The position numbers were made by a program, and so were the translations under genes. Under the pieces are notes generated by a model. It worked only from the letters and a program-made list of their open reading frames with translations, was not told the DNA's origin and did no database searches. DNA of 64,000 bases from a virus (taxonomy: Duplodnaviria; Heunggongvirae; Uroviricota; Caudoviricetes): the IMG/VR virus record IMGVR_UViG_3300032167_005013; one strand, written 5' to 3'. Positions 1-7,583 of this stretch are shown piece after piece. Every line of letters starts with the position of its first letter. Within the stretch, counting starts at the first letter, position 1.

Positions 1-150
1 AGGAGAATGGTTGGGGTGATGGTATTCCCGCGAACCATAGGTGAGGAGACTAACGTATTTCCCTGCGGATAACAGATGCTGCAGGTCCTCATGAGACCTA
101 CCTTAACAATTGTGATGGAACCCCCATCCTACTGAAATGGTCTCACTAAT

Positions 151-225
151 GCGAGTGTAGCTCAGTTGGCAGAGCGTCAGTTTCCCAAACTGAAGGTTTC
201 GCGGGTTCGAGTCCCGTCTCTCGCT
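151..225 (+). tRNA. tRNA-Gly(CCC)
   Basis: Cloverleaf; anticodon arm tcagt-ttcccaa-actga; T loop TTCGAGT; U73. Confidence 0.9.
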
Positions 226-233
226 CAAATAAC

Positions 234-318
234 GGCGACATGGTGTAATGGTAGCCACGCAGGATTTAAGTCCCTGTGGCCCGAAGGGGCCGTGTCGGTT
301 CGAGTCCGACTGTCGCTA
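234..318 (+). tRNA. tRNA-Leu(TAA)
   Basis: ggcgaca/tgtcgct acceptor; loop tttaagt; long variable arm. Confidence 0.88.
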
Positions 319-424
319 CAAAAAATTACTTAATATAGGTACTCTTTTGAGTACATTATTATAACTTTTTATTTTAACGTACTATTTATTATTACAAATA
401 AATTAAACTACATTAATAAAAAAT

Positions 425-514
425 ATGAGAAATCTCCAACATACAAATTATTCGTATCCCAAATCTCTCAATTTTGGGCTCGATTATCGTATAGTGGAGG
501 ATTTAGACGAATAG
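425..514 (+). CDS. Putative leader peptide MRNLQHTNYSYPKSLNFGLDYRIVEDLDE (29 aa)
   Basis: ATG at 425 after an A-rich leader; TAG-TAA double stop; overlaps alternative-pairing segments of the downstream terminator. Confidence 0.6.
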   Translation: MRNLQHTNYSYPKSLNFGLDYRIVEDLDE

Positions 515-549
515 TAAATTTTTAGATTTATACTCATATTCATGATGCT

Positions 550-590
550 ATCCTCCGGTTTAATAAAAAACTTGGAGGATTTTTTATTTT
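550..590 (+). terminator. Intrinsic terminator / attenuator hairpin upstream of the tRNA run
   Basis: atcctcc...ggaggat stem followed by a T tract; its 3' arm TGGAGGATTT is repeated at 495-504. Confidence 0.7.
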
Positions 591-605
591 GGCACGGTAT
601 TTGTA
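590..605 (+). promoter_or_regulatory. sigma54-type -24/-12 motif
   Basis: TGGCACGGTATTTGTA about 23 nt upstream of tRNA-His. Confidence 0.6.
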
Positions 606-628
606 TATATGTATTTTGAAAATATATA

Positions 629-701
629 GAGGATGTAGTTCAGTTGGTAGAATATCACATTGTGGCTGTGAGGGCCATGGGTTCAAATCCCATCATTCTC
701 C
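629..701 (+). tRNA. tRNA-His(GTG), no genomic G-1
   Basis: tcaca-ttgtggc-tgtga arm; C73; base at -1 (628) is A. Confidence 0.9.
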
Positions 702-716
702 CAAATTAAAATAAAT

Positions 717-811
717 GGAGGCGTACCCAAGTGCTTGAAGGGGACGGACTTGAAATCCGTTAGGACGGTAACCACTCCGTCGCGTGGGTTGGAATCCCAC
801 CGCCTCCTCCA
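717..811 (+). tRNA. tRNA-Ser(TGA)
   Basis: acgga-cttgaaa-tccgt; long variable arm; encoded CCA; T loop TTGGAAT. Confidence 0.88.
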
Positions 812-846
812 ATACAGTTGTAAGTAATCTGCGAAACTTTCAAAAA

Positions 847-928
847 CGGAATGTGATGGAACTGGTAGACATGCGACACTTAGGATGTCGTGCCTCCGTG
901 CGTAAGGGTTCGAGTCCCTTCATTCCGA
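847..928 (+). tRNA. tRNA-Leu(TAG)
   Basis: cgaca-cttagga-tgtcg; cggaatg/cattccg acceptor. Confidence 0.9.
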
Positions 929-934
929 CAATAT

Positions 935-1010
935 ATGGTAATAGCTCAGTTGACAGAGCGCTTGGTTTGGGACCAAGAGGCCGCAGGTTTGAGCCCTGCT
1001 TACCATACCA
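935..1010 (+). tRNA. tRNA-Pro(TGG)
   Basis: cttgg-tttggga-ccaag; encoded CCA. Confidence 0.85.
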
Positions 1011-1014
1011 AAAT

Positions 1015-1090
1015 GAGGTTGTAGCTCAGGTGGTAGAGCGGGAGCCTGAAGAGCTCCGCGTCGGTGGTTCAACTCCATCCAACCTCACCA
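1015..1090 (+). tRNA. tRNA-Phe(GAA)
   Basis: ggagc-ctgaaga-gctcc; encoded CCA. Confidence 0.9.
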
Positions 1091-1165
1091 AAATAAAAAT
1101 ATTTTTGGTATTGTTAAAAACAATCACTATATTTGCAAATGAAAAGAAAACGGTAAACAAAATAT

Positions 1166-1241
1166 TCCCAAGTAGCTCAGTAGGTTTTAGAGCAACGGTC
1201 TGTTAAACCGTGGGTCGGTGGTTCGAATCCACCCTTGGGAG
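1166..1241 (+). tRNA. tRNA-Asn(GTT)
   Basis: acggt-ctgttaa-accgt; tcccaag/cttggga; G73. Confidence 0.9.
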
Positions 1242-1310
1242 CGAGAAGAGGTTTTTCTTATTTTAGACTTCTGGTACAAAAAGAAAATAAGATGGTGCTC
1301 CAAGCAATAT

Positions 1311-1393
1311 GCCGAAATGGGACAGTGGTTGACTCCACCTGATTTGTAATCAGGCTCCGCAAGGACTCGTCAGTTCGAATCTGACTTTCGGCT
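1311..1393 (+). tRNA. tRNA-Thr(TGT) with long variable arm
   Basis: gccgaaa/tttcggc acceptor; cctga-tttgtaa-tcagg; 14-nt variable region with tcc-gcaa-gga hairpin. Confidence 0.75.
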
Positions 1394-1395
1394 CA

Positions 1396-1560
1396 AAAAC
1401 AAAACCTCAAGTTGGGGTGCCTCATAACATAGTCGTTCAAAATGGAGAACGGCCAAAGGGCAAGAATATAGATAGAGAGGCCTCACGTTCAAGCGGATAA
1501 GGCGTTTAACTTATCAACCTCTCACAAACGTGACTACGGAAATCGTTTGGGTTTTGTTTT
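1396..1560 (+). ncRNA. Structured RNA of unknown family
   Basis: 11-bp terminal stem aaaacaaaacc/ggttttgtttt plus several internal helices. Confidence 0.45.
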
Positions 1561-1565
1561 ATATT

Positions 1566-1727
1566 GGGTCAGCGCCGCAGTTGGAGAGGCGGGACAGACT
1601 GTAATAACAGAGTAAACTGTCACAAATCGCTGGTTGGAAATTGGTAGGAAGTATCGAGGTATCGTACACCTCTCCAATCACAATCTGTTGTCGTAAGGCT
1701 GAGTAGGTTCGATTCCTACCTGACCCA
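1566..1727 (+). tRNA. tRNA-Tyr(GTA) with a 78-nt anticodon-loop insert (1604-1681 or 1605-1682)
   Basis: gggtcag/ctgaccc acceptor; acaga-ctgta...aa-tctgt; Tyr-type variable arm and T arm intact. Confidence 0.85.
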
Positions 1728-1801
1728 CTATAAAATTAATAATGTAAAATATAGTATTTTTTAGTTCGATATACTATTTATATATAGAAAAACTAAAAAA
1801 T

Positions 1802-2587
1802 ATGATTACAAATGAAAGAAAAATATTTTACATAAATTTAATTAAAGATTCTTTTTCTTTACGAGAAGTTTGTTTAAAAGCGGGAATAGTTGTTACTACA
1901 GGCAATTATGATACTTTAAAAAGACTAATTAAAGAGGAGAATATTGATATAAGTCATTTTAAAAGACAAAATGTAAATAATCAAACTCATCATGAAATTG
2001 ATTATTTTTTACAAAAAGGAAGTAACATTGGGTCGTTTAGATTAAAAAATAAACTTTTTGATAATGGTTTAAAAGAACGTAAATGCGAATGTTGTGGAGG
2101 AACGGAATGGATGGGTAAACCTATTAATCTTCAACTACACCATATTAATGGAGATAATAAAGATAATAGATTGGAGAATCTTCAAATACTTTGCCCAAAT
2201 TGCCATTCTTATACAGAGAATTACTGCGGGAAAAACCAAAAAATCAATATAAAAGAAAAAGAAAGAATAATAAAAAAACGGACATATATAGATGTAAAAC
2301 TTTTACAAGAATGTTTAAATGAAACAAATGATTTAAATATTATTGGTGAAAAACTTAATAGAACACCAAAAACAATTAAAAAATATATAAAACAATATAA
2401 TTTAAAAATAGAAACAAAAGAAAAAAAACCAAAATATGATGTTAATTTAATGTTTCAATTAATGAAAAAATATAAAAATTATACCAAGGTTGGTGAAAAA
2501 ATGGGGATTAGTGATAATGCTGTGAAAAAACGTTTTATCAAACTTGGTTATCCATCTAATATTAAAGATTTATTAAATTCAATATAA
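1802..2587 (+). CDS. HNH homing-type endonuclease with HTH-like C-terminus
   Basis: CECC...LQLHHINGDNKDNRLENLQILCPNCH motif. Confidence 0.85.
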   Translation: MITNERKIFYINLIKDSFSLREVCLKAGIVVTTGNYDTLKRLIKEENIDISHFKRQNVNNQTHHEIDYFLQKGSNIGSFRLKNKLFDNGLKERKCECCGGTEWMGKPINLQLHHINGDNKDNRLENLQILCPNCHSYTENYCGKNQKINIKEKERIIKKRTYIDVKLLQECLNETNDLNIIGEKLNRTPKTIKKYIKQYNLKIETKEKKPKYDVNLMFQLMKKYKNYTKVGEKMGISDNAVKKRFIKLGYPSNIKDLLNSI

Positions 2588-2598
2588 TATATGGATTC

Positions 2599-2672
2599 GC
2601 TCTCAAAGCATTAAAGTGATGCACGAAACTTTTAATTTCGGGAAGAAGGGGCGGTACCTTCTGGGAGCACCA
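2599..2672 (+). tRNA. tRNA-Lys(TTT) with atypical D and T loops
   Basis: gctctca/tgggagc acceptor plus ACCA; cgaaa-cttttaa-tttcg; T loop GGCGGTA. Confidence 0.75.
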
Positions 2673-2824
2673 AATTTTTAACATAAAAAGCATATCTAAT
2701 AGGAAAAATTGCCTCCTTAAGATATGAAACCATATACGGAAGTTGCGTTTGGCAGACAATAGGACCAACAACCTATCCAAAGTACACGGATACGGAAAGA
2801 CATTATGGAATGTTAAATAAATAT

Positions 2825-2907
2825 AGGAATGTAACTCAGTTGATAGAGGCTTCGCTGAGATAATATCAAAGGCCAAGAGGACGGTGGTTTGAGCCCATCC
2901 ATTCCTA
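2825..2907 (+). ncRNA. tRNA-like RNA (Pro-like body) with an 18-nt anticodon loop
   Basis: aggaatg/cattcct acceptor; T arm ggtgg-tttgagc-ccatc; anticodon not assignable. Confidence 0.55.
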
Positions 2908-2914
2908 CAAATTA

Positions 2915-3048
2915 TGTTAGTTTATTGCAGTATATTGGAGACTGCAGCGAATGTTATTTCGTCTTCGTTTGAGCAACAGACCGTTAGGGTGCACACAATG
3001 ACAACGGTGTTGCGAGAAGTATGGAGGTTCAATTCCTTCAACTATCAC
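2915..3048 (+). ncRNA. tRNA-like RNA with extended D stem and very large variable domain
   Basis: tgttagtt/aactatca acceptor; ttgcagt/actgcag stem; T arm ggagg-ttcaatt-ccttc. Confidence 0.55.
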
Positions 3049-3056
3049 TAAGGTAT

Positions 3057-3203
3057 TGTGGCGTGGTGTAACGGTAGCACTAAGGATTTTTTAAGGCGTG
3101 GTTTCCGTAATAAACTATTGGTACGGGTCTTATGAAGTTAAGTAGAGCAAAACTACCCTGTATCGCGGTTCCTTCAGTCAGAGTTCGAATCTCTGCGCCA
3201 CAA
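3057..3203 (+). tRNA. tRNA-Gln(TTG) with a 76-nt insert inside the anticodon (3091-3166)
   Basis: tgtggcg/cgccaca acceptor; aagga-tttt[insert]ggt-tcctt; cagag-ttcgaat-ctctg T arm. Confidence 0.75.
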
Positions 3204-3338
3204 CTAAAATGAAATAAATTTGATAATATCAATATTTATATACTATATTTGCAACATAAAGGGATGGCTATATATGATGAATGATAGGAATAGCCTACAA
3301 CATATATGACACCTCCCTATTTTTAAAAAGAAAAATTA

Positions 3339-3421
3339 AGGAAACATACAGCAAAGTTTTTGGATAATAAAATTAATTAGACTTTAGTTTTTAGATAGTT
3401 CAATTCTGTCACTGTTTTCTG
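3339..3421 (+). ncRNA. Small RNA with ACAGCAA motif and a T-arm-like hairpin
   Basis: aggaaaca/tgttttct terminal stem; gatag-ttcaatt-ctgtc. Confidence 0.45.
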
Positions 3422-3477
3422 TCTTAATATAACCGTGGTTGCAGTCAAATCGGGATATAAATAGCGACTGCATATAT

Positions 3478-3550
3478 TGCGGCGTGTAGCAGTGGTAGCT
3501 AAGCGGTCTCATAAGCCGACGGTCGGTGGTTCGAATCCTCCCGCTCGCAA
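3478..3550 (+). tRNA. tRNA-Met(CAT), initiator-like body
   Basis: ctcataa loop; body resembles fMet; bulged acceptor stem. Confidence 0.75.
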
Positions 3551-3564
3551 CGAGTCTACTCACA

Positions 3565-3703
3565 GAGATGTACTCTTGGTTGGTCGCACTACCGTAAATG
3601 CGATACAATTGATGTTGAACAATGGTCTTGGAATAACCTGCAGCAAGTACAAGGCAACAACACTGGTAGTTAACGTGACATTAGCCGGTGAAGAGTATAT
3701 TTC
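3565..3703 (+). ncRNA. Structured RNA of unknown family
   Basis: gagatgtactctt/aagagtatatttc terminal stem; more GC-rich than its flanks. Confidence 0.35.
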
Positions 3704-3817
3704 AACATTTGTTGAATATTTTAATTTTTATTTATATTAACATTCAGTATCAGGACGGGTGTGAACCTCTCCTGATATTTTTTTCTATACACTATGGCAC
3801 GATTTTTGCTATCTCTA

Positions 3818-3864
3818 TTATTCGAAAATACTTTTCTCATTATTCGAAAATACTTTTCTCATTA
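3818..3864. repeat. 22-bp direct tandem repeat, 2 copies
   Basis: ttattcgaaaatacttttctca occurs twice in an AT-rich noncoding gap. Confidence 0.8.
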
Positions 3865-4242
3865 TGATTGTTTAACCTTCATATATTATAGTGGCAGTAA
3901 GCAGAAAAACGGTTTCTTAATACTGAAGTATAGTCTCCATTGTACCTATTTATCACCATTTAGAATTATTCTAATTAACAATCTATAAGCAAAAACATAT
4001 AAATAAATTATAATTTAGCACAACATTACATGGAGAAAAAATAAAAATTGTAAGCAAAATACTCGATAATGCTTACAATTTATTAAAAATGCGTATGTAA
4101 TATAGTGTATATTTCTATATGTGTGGAAAAATTAAAAAAATTTTGAAAAAATCCGGGGAAAATTATTACAAAGAACAGTTTCTTTTGTTATTTTCAATCA
4201 ACTTCCACAAACGGATAATTCGTTAAAATCTTAGTAAGATAA

Positions 4243-5280
4243 TTAATATGTTATAAGTTTCTCTACTTGTTCTATTGTAAGGTTTATCAAAATATTATAA
4301 ACATGTTCTTCCATTTTTCCACGATATTCTTCAGTTCTTTTAACGATTTGTTTTCTTTTACAATCAAGGTAAACTTTATAAGCTTCTTCTTCAGTATCAA
4401 ATTCATTTTTTTTACCTTCTAAAAAAGAGTCAATAAAATTTCTTTCCACATTCAACTTCCATTTACCTGTTTCTGAGTTATAAGTTGTTCCTGTATAGTA
4501 CCCGTTTTTAAGTTGTTGTTTTGGCCTTCTTGCAAAGATAATTCCAATCCTATTAGGAATAAACACAATATTATCAACAGTATAATTATTAATATTGTCA
4601 TCAAGATTTAAGATTAAATCATTAACAACCAAGATTTCATTGTAGGTATCTTGTGCTTTTTGATATTTTTCACAAAAGTCTTCTTGTTTTATATCAAATG
4701 TTTTATTTTTCAAATAGGCATAATTATTAAGGTTAGATTTAGCCCTGCTCATATATGATTTATAAGCGTTTTTTGCTGCTTTGTTATATTTGCCATTGAT
4801 TTTTGTTGTTTTTATTGGGGTCATTGTATTATACCCTTCTTGTAATGTTTTAAACACATCACAATAAAATGCTTCTCGTTCATCAAGAAGTTCTATAGGA
4901 CATATCTCCATTATATTATAATTCCATTTCCATGGGTCAACGTCCTTTCTTGCTTTTTCAATTTTACTTCCCGCATATGGATTATTTCCGAGAAATTGTT
5001 TGTATCTATTTCTCAAATTCTCGGTTTTTCCTATATATTTTTTATAATCATCTTCGGGGTTCACAAGCATGTATATTCCTGATGTCTCAGGTATTGTATT
5101 AATGATAGATTCTTTATAAGACTTGATACTACTTTCATTTATGATGTTTTTCTTTTTCTTCAACTCATTTTTCAATACTTTATTTTCTTCAGCATAAATC
5201 AAATTTTCATGTATTAATGCATTTTCTTTATCAGAAAATTCAGTACCATCTATAGTTTTATATTTTAAAATTATTTCCAT
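4243..5280 (-). CDS. GIY-YIG endonuclease
   Basis: SGIYMLVN...KKYIGKTENLRNRY...ERE...GYN; likely start MEIILK at 5280. Confidence 0.8.
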   Translation of the reverse strand: MEIILKYKTIDGTEFSDKENALIHENLIYAEENKVLKNELKKKKNIINESSIKSYKESIINTIPETSGIYMLVNPEDDYKKYIGKTENLRNRYKQFLGNNPYAGSKIEKARKDVDPWKWNYNIMEICPIELLDEREAFYCDVFKTLQEGYNTMTPIKTTKINGKYNKAAKNAYKSYMSRAKSNLNNYAYLKNKTFDIKQEDFCEKYQKAQDTYNEILVVNDLILNLDDNINNYTVDNIVFIPNRIGIIFARRPKQQLKNGYYTGTTYNSETGKWKLNVERNFIDSFLEGKKNEFDTEEEAYKVYLDCKRKQIVKRTEEYRGKMEEHVYNILINLTIEQVEKLITY

Positions 5281-5287
5281 AAAAATA

Positions 5288-5722
5288 TTATATATCGAAG
5301 TATCTATACAGGAGTTCACATGTGAAGTCTCTATCGAAATTATTATCTTCGACAAGGTCATTTAGTTTCTCCACGGCCTTATAGATTTTGTTTATTCTTT
5401 TATCGGCATCGCATCCTTTAACCATCCAATTAAATTCTTCTATGAATTCATCAACATCCTTTTCTTCTTCAATTACGAAATCAGGTAAAATGAATTCGTC
5501 GTTATATGCTGATGTTGGTCCATCAACCGTTTCAACGTTGTTAAGTCCTCCTGTTATGGTAAAGGTATTGGGGTTTTCGTCAAAGCATTCAATGAAAAAC
5601 GTCATTGATTTATGATAGACATAGAAGAAATCGTCCATACCTTCAAAGTTATATTTATATAATTTCTTCAGTTTATCTTCCAATTGGAGATATAGTGGGT
5701 TTGTTTTAAAATCTGTTGTCAT
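5288..5722 (-). CDS. Hypothetical protein
   Basis: ORF in a tightly packed minus-strand run. Confidence 0.65.
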   Translation of the reverse strand: MTTDFKTNPLYLQLEDKLKKLYKYNFEGMDDFFYVYHKSMTFFIECFDENPNTFTITGGLNNVETVDGPTSAYNDEFILPDFVIEEEKDVDEFIEEFNWMVKGCDADKRINKIYKAVEKLNDLVEDNNFDRDFTCELLYRYFDI

Positions 5723-5725
5723 AGA

Positions 5726-6346
5726 TTACCTTTTAAATTTATTAACAGTTTCCCTGATTCGTCTTTCCTTTTCAACGAATTGGCAGACTGCCTCATACAT
5801 GAGTTTATTAATCAGCCTATCCCATTGTCCAACAAGCGGATTCTCATAATACGTTCCTGAGATATTATTTTTCTCCCATCTTATTACCATACCATCATCG
5901 GGATTGTCCCATCCTCTATCGACTCTCACGACAAGTCCTTTCTTCAGCATGAAGGTCGTGAGGTATAAAAGTTCTTCTCTCTGTTCGTATGTAAGTTGTT
6001 TATCAAAGGAGATATAGGCGTGGGTTCCTTTATTGTCTCCTTGGCAGGAGAACTTTGTTTTATATCCATGCAGGTTAAGTTCCATTATGATATCATATAT
6101 GAGTTCATCAACGGTATGTAGTTTATCCTCTTCAACAACATAGAATTTATGGGAATATCCATATTCATAGTCAAAATTATTTCGGAAGAAATCTCGCAGA
6201 TTATTATCGTTATTGATATCATATTTCTCGGCTATTTCCTTTGCGTTCTTACAGAAAACAAAGAAATCTTTCATCGTCATATCATCATGTGTTATCATAC
6301 TTTTTATCATTTGAATTGTTTTACCGCAAATATCGTGCCATATCAT
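5726..6346 (-). CDS. Hypothetical protein (TKFSCQG motif)
   Basis: ORF; true start probably downstream of the internal sigma54-like motif at 6325-6340. Confidence 0.6.
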   Translation of the reverse strand: MIWHDICGKTIQMIKSMITHDDMTMKDFFVFCKNAKEIAEKYDINNDNNLRDFFRNNFDYEYGYSHKFYVVEEDKLHTVDELIYDIIMELNLHGYKTKFSCQGDNKGTHAYISFDKQLTYEQREELLYLTTFMLKKGLVVRVDRGWDNPDDGMVIRWEKNNISGTYYENPLVGQWDRLINKLMYEAVCQFVEKERRIRETVNKFKR

Positions 6347-6648
6347 AATCCTTTTATTACCGGATTTTCGGAGATTTCAAAAAATTCGGTTGGGTATTTA
6401 TTTCCGTAGAATCTGTTCCTGTCATAGAACGTTCTTCTGATGTTGTGCGCCCTCATTTTCCAATCAATTGTATATCGTGGTGTCCACCCGCTTCTCATTC
6501 TCGTTTTTTTTAAGAAAACGGAATTTCCCATTCTTTTTATTTCTTCATATTTGATATGTGATGGTTGGAGCATATTGGGGGCATCCATTCTTCCGTATTT
6601 ATTCATTTCAAATAATCCCCAATATTTCTTTTTTCTATTATTTGGCAA
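6343..6648 (-). CDS. Hypothetical basic protein
   Basis: ORF packed between neighbouring genes. Confidence 0.5.
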   Translation of the reverse strand: MPNNRKKKYWGLFEMNKYGRMDAPNMLQPSHIKYEEIKRMGNSVFLKKTRMRSGWTPRYTIDWKMRAHNIRRTFYDRNRFYGNKYPTEFFEISENPVIKGL

Positions 6649-7583
6649 TATCCATGCATTGTTGGTTCAATGGCAGGGCCCTCCTCATAGAGGCTTCTCA
6701 TGAAACGGCTTACCTTGAACTTTACTTTCTTCCATGCTTTGTCATACATTTTCAAGAGATAATTCATTATCTGTTTATAATTTTTCTTTTCTCCTTTTAT
6801 CTTCTCCCAACACCATTCAATATCCAGTTTCAAATATTCCTTTTGCTTATCAAGTTCCTTCAGGTTTTCCCCCATGATGATGAAATTCTTATAGTCCGGA
6901 ATTTCATTCAATATCCCCATACCTGTTTCGCTATCCATAGGATGCATCCTATTATTCTTAATGCTTTGATTAAGTTGTGCAACAAAAGCGTTCACCTCAA
7001 AACCGATGCACTTATATATGATATTGGTTATATCCTCCACAGTCCAATCATTTTCTATTTTTGCTGTGGCATTCATCTGATTTGCTTTGTAATATCCCAA
7101 GCGTGTGCTCAGGTCATGAAGTCCCTCAGCACCATTCTTCAACCTGTTCCAATTCTCATAGGCATGAAGTAATTCGTGGGCAACAATTGACGGTAGATTC
7201 TTTTCAATATTTTCCCAATTGCCTCCTAAAATGAATTTTCCTTTTAATATATTTAATTTACCATTATCACCGATGACAGAAAATTTTGGATTATATCCTC
7301 CTTTAATTGTGTTTTTATTTTTTTTATTATATTGAATTTCCCAATATACTTCATTAAAAAAACAATCTTTAATTTTATTAAAAGGATTTCCTTTTATTAT
7401 AAAACTACTTGACTTAAACCCATAAAGTGTTTTATGTCTTAATTTTTTTTCAAAAACATCGACATATTTTTCAATATCACTCATTGACCCCCTTGATTCA
7501 TAAAGGTGGTCCATATTTTCTTTTTCCGACAACAAGAACTCCAACCTTATTGAATTCCTCATTTCCTCATTTAAATTTCTCAT
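6603..7583 (-). CDS. HExxH zinc-metallopeptidase-like protein (paralogue 1)
   Basis: AHELLHAYE...FEVNAF. Confidence 0.7.
   Translation of the reverse strand: MRNLNEEMRNSIRLEFLLSEKENMDHLYESRGSMSDIEKYVDVFEKKLRHKTLYGFKSSSFIIKGNPFNKIKDCFFNEVYWEIQYNKKNKNTIKGGYNPKFSVIGDNGKLNILKGKFILGGNWENIEKNLPSIVAHELLHAYENWNRLKNGAEGLHDLSTRLGYYKANQMNATAKIENDWTVEDITNIIYKCIGFEVNAFVAQLNQSIKNNRMHPMDSETGMGILNEIPDYKNFIIMGENLKELDKQKEYLKLDIEWCWEKIKGEKKNYKQIMNYLLKMYDKAWKKVKFKVSRFMRSLYEEGPAIEPTMHGYCQIIEKRNIGDYLK

Noticed and set aside
784-1206. ORFs over the tRNA clusters (784-1206, 2562-2876, 3384-3740, 40334-40809, 41346-41665)
   Set aside because: They overlap tRNA/ncRNA genes and are shadows of GC-richer RNA sequence.
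1241-1310. HDV-like (theta) ribozymes downstream of tRNAs
   Set aside because: Could not identify the nested double-pseudoknot or catalytic-C pattern by eye after any tRNA.
3818-3864. CRISPR array
   Set aside because: Only two abutting copies with no spacer, and no cas genes.
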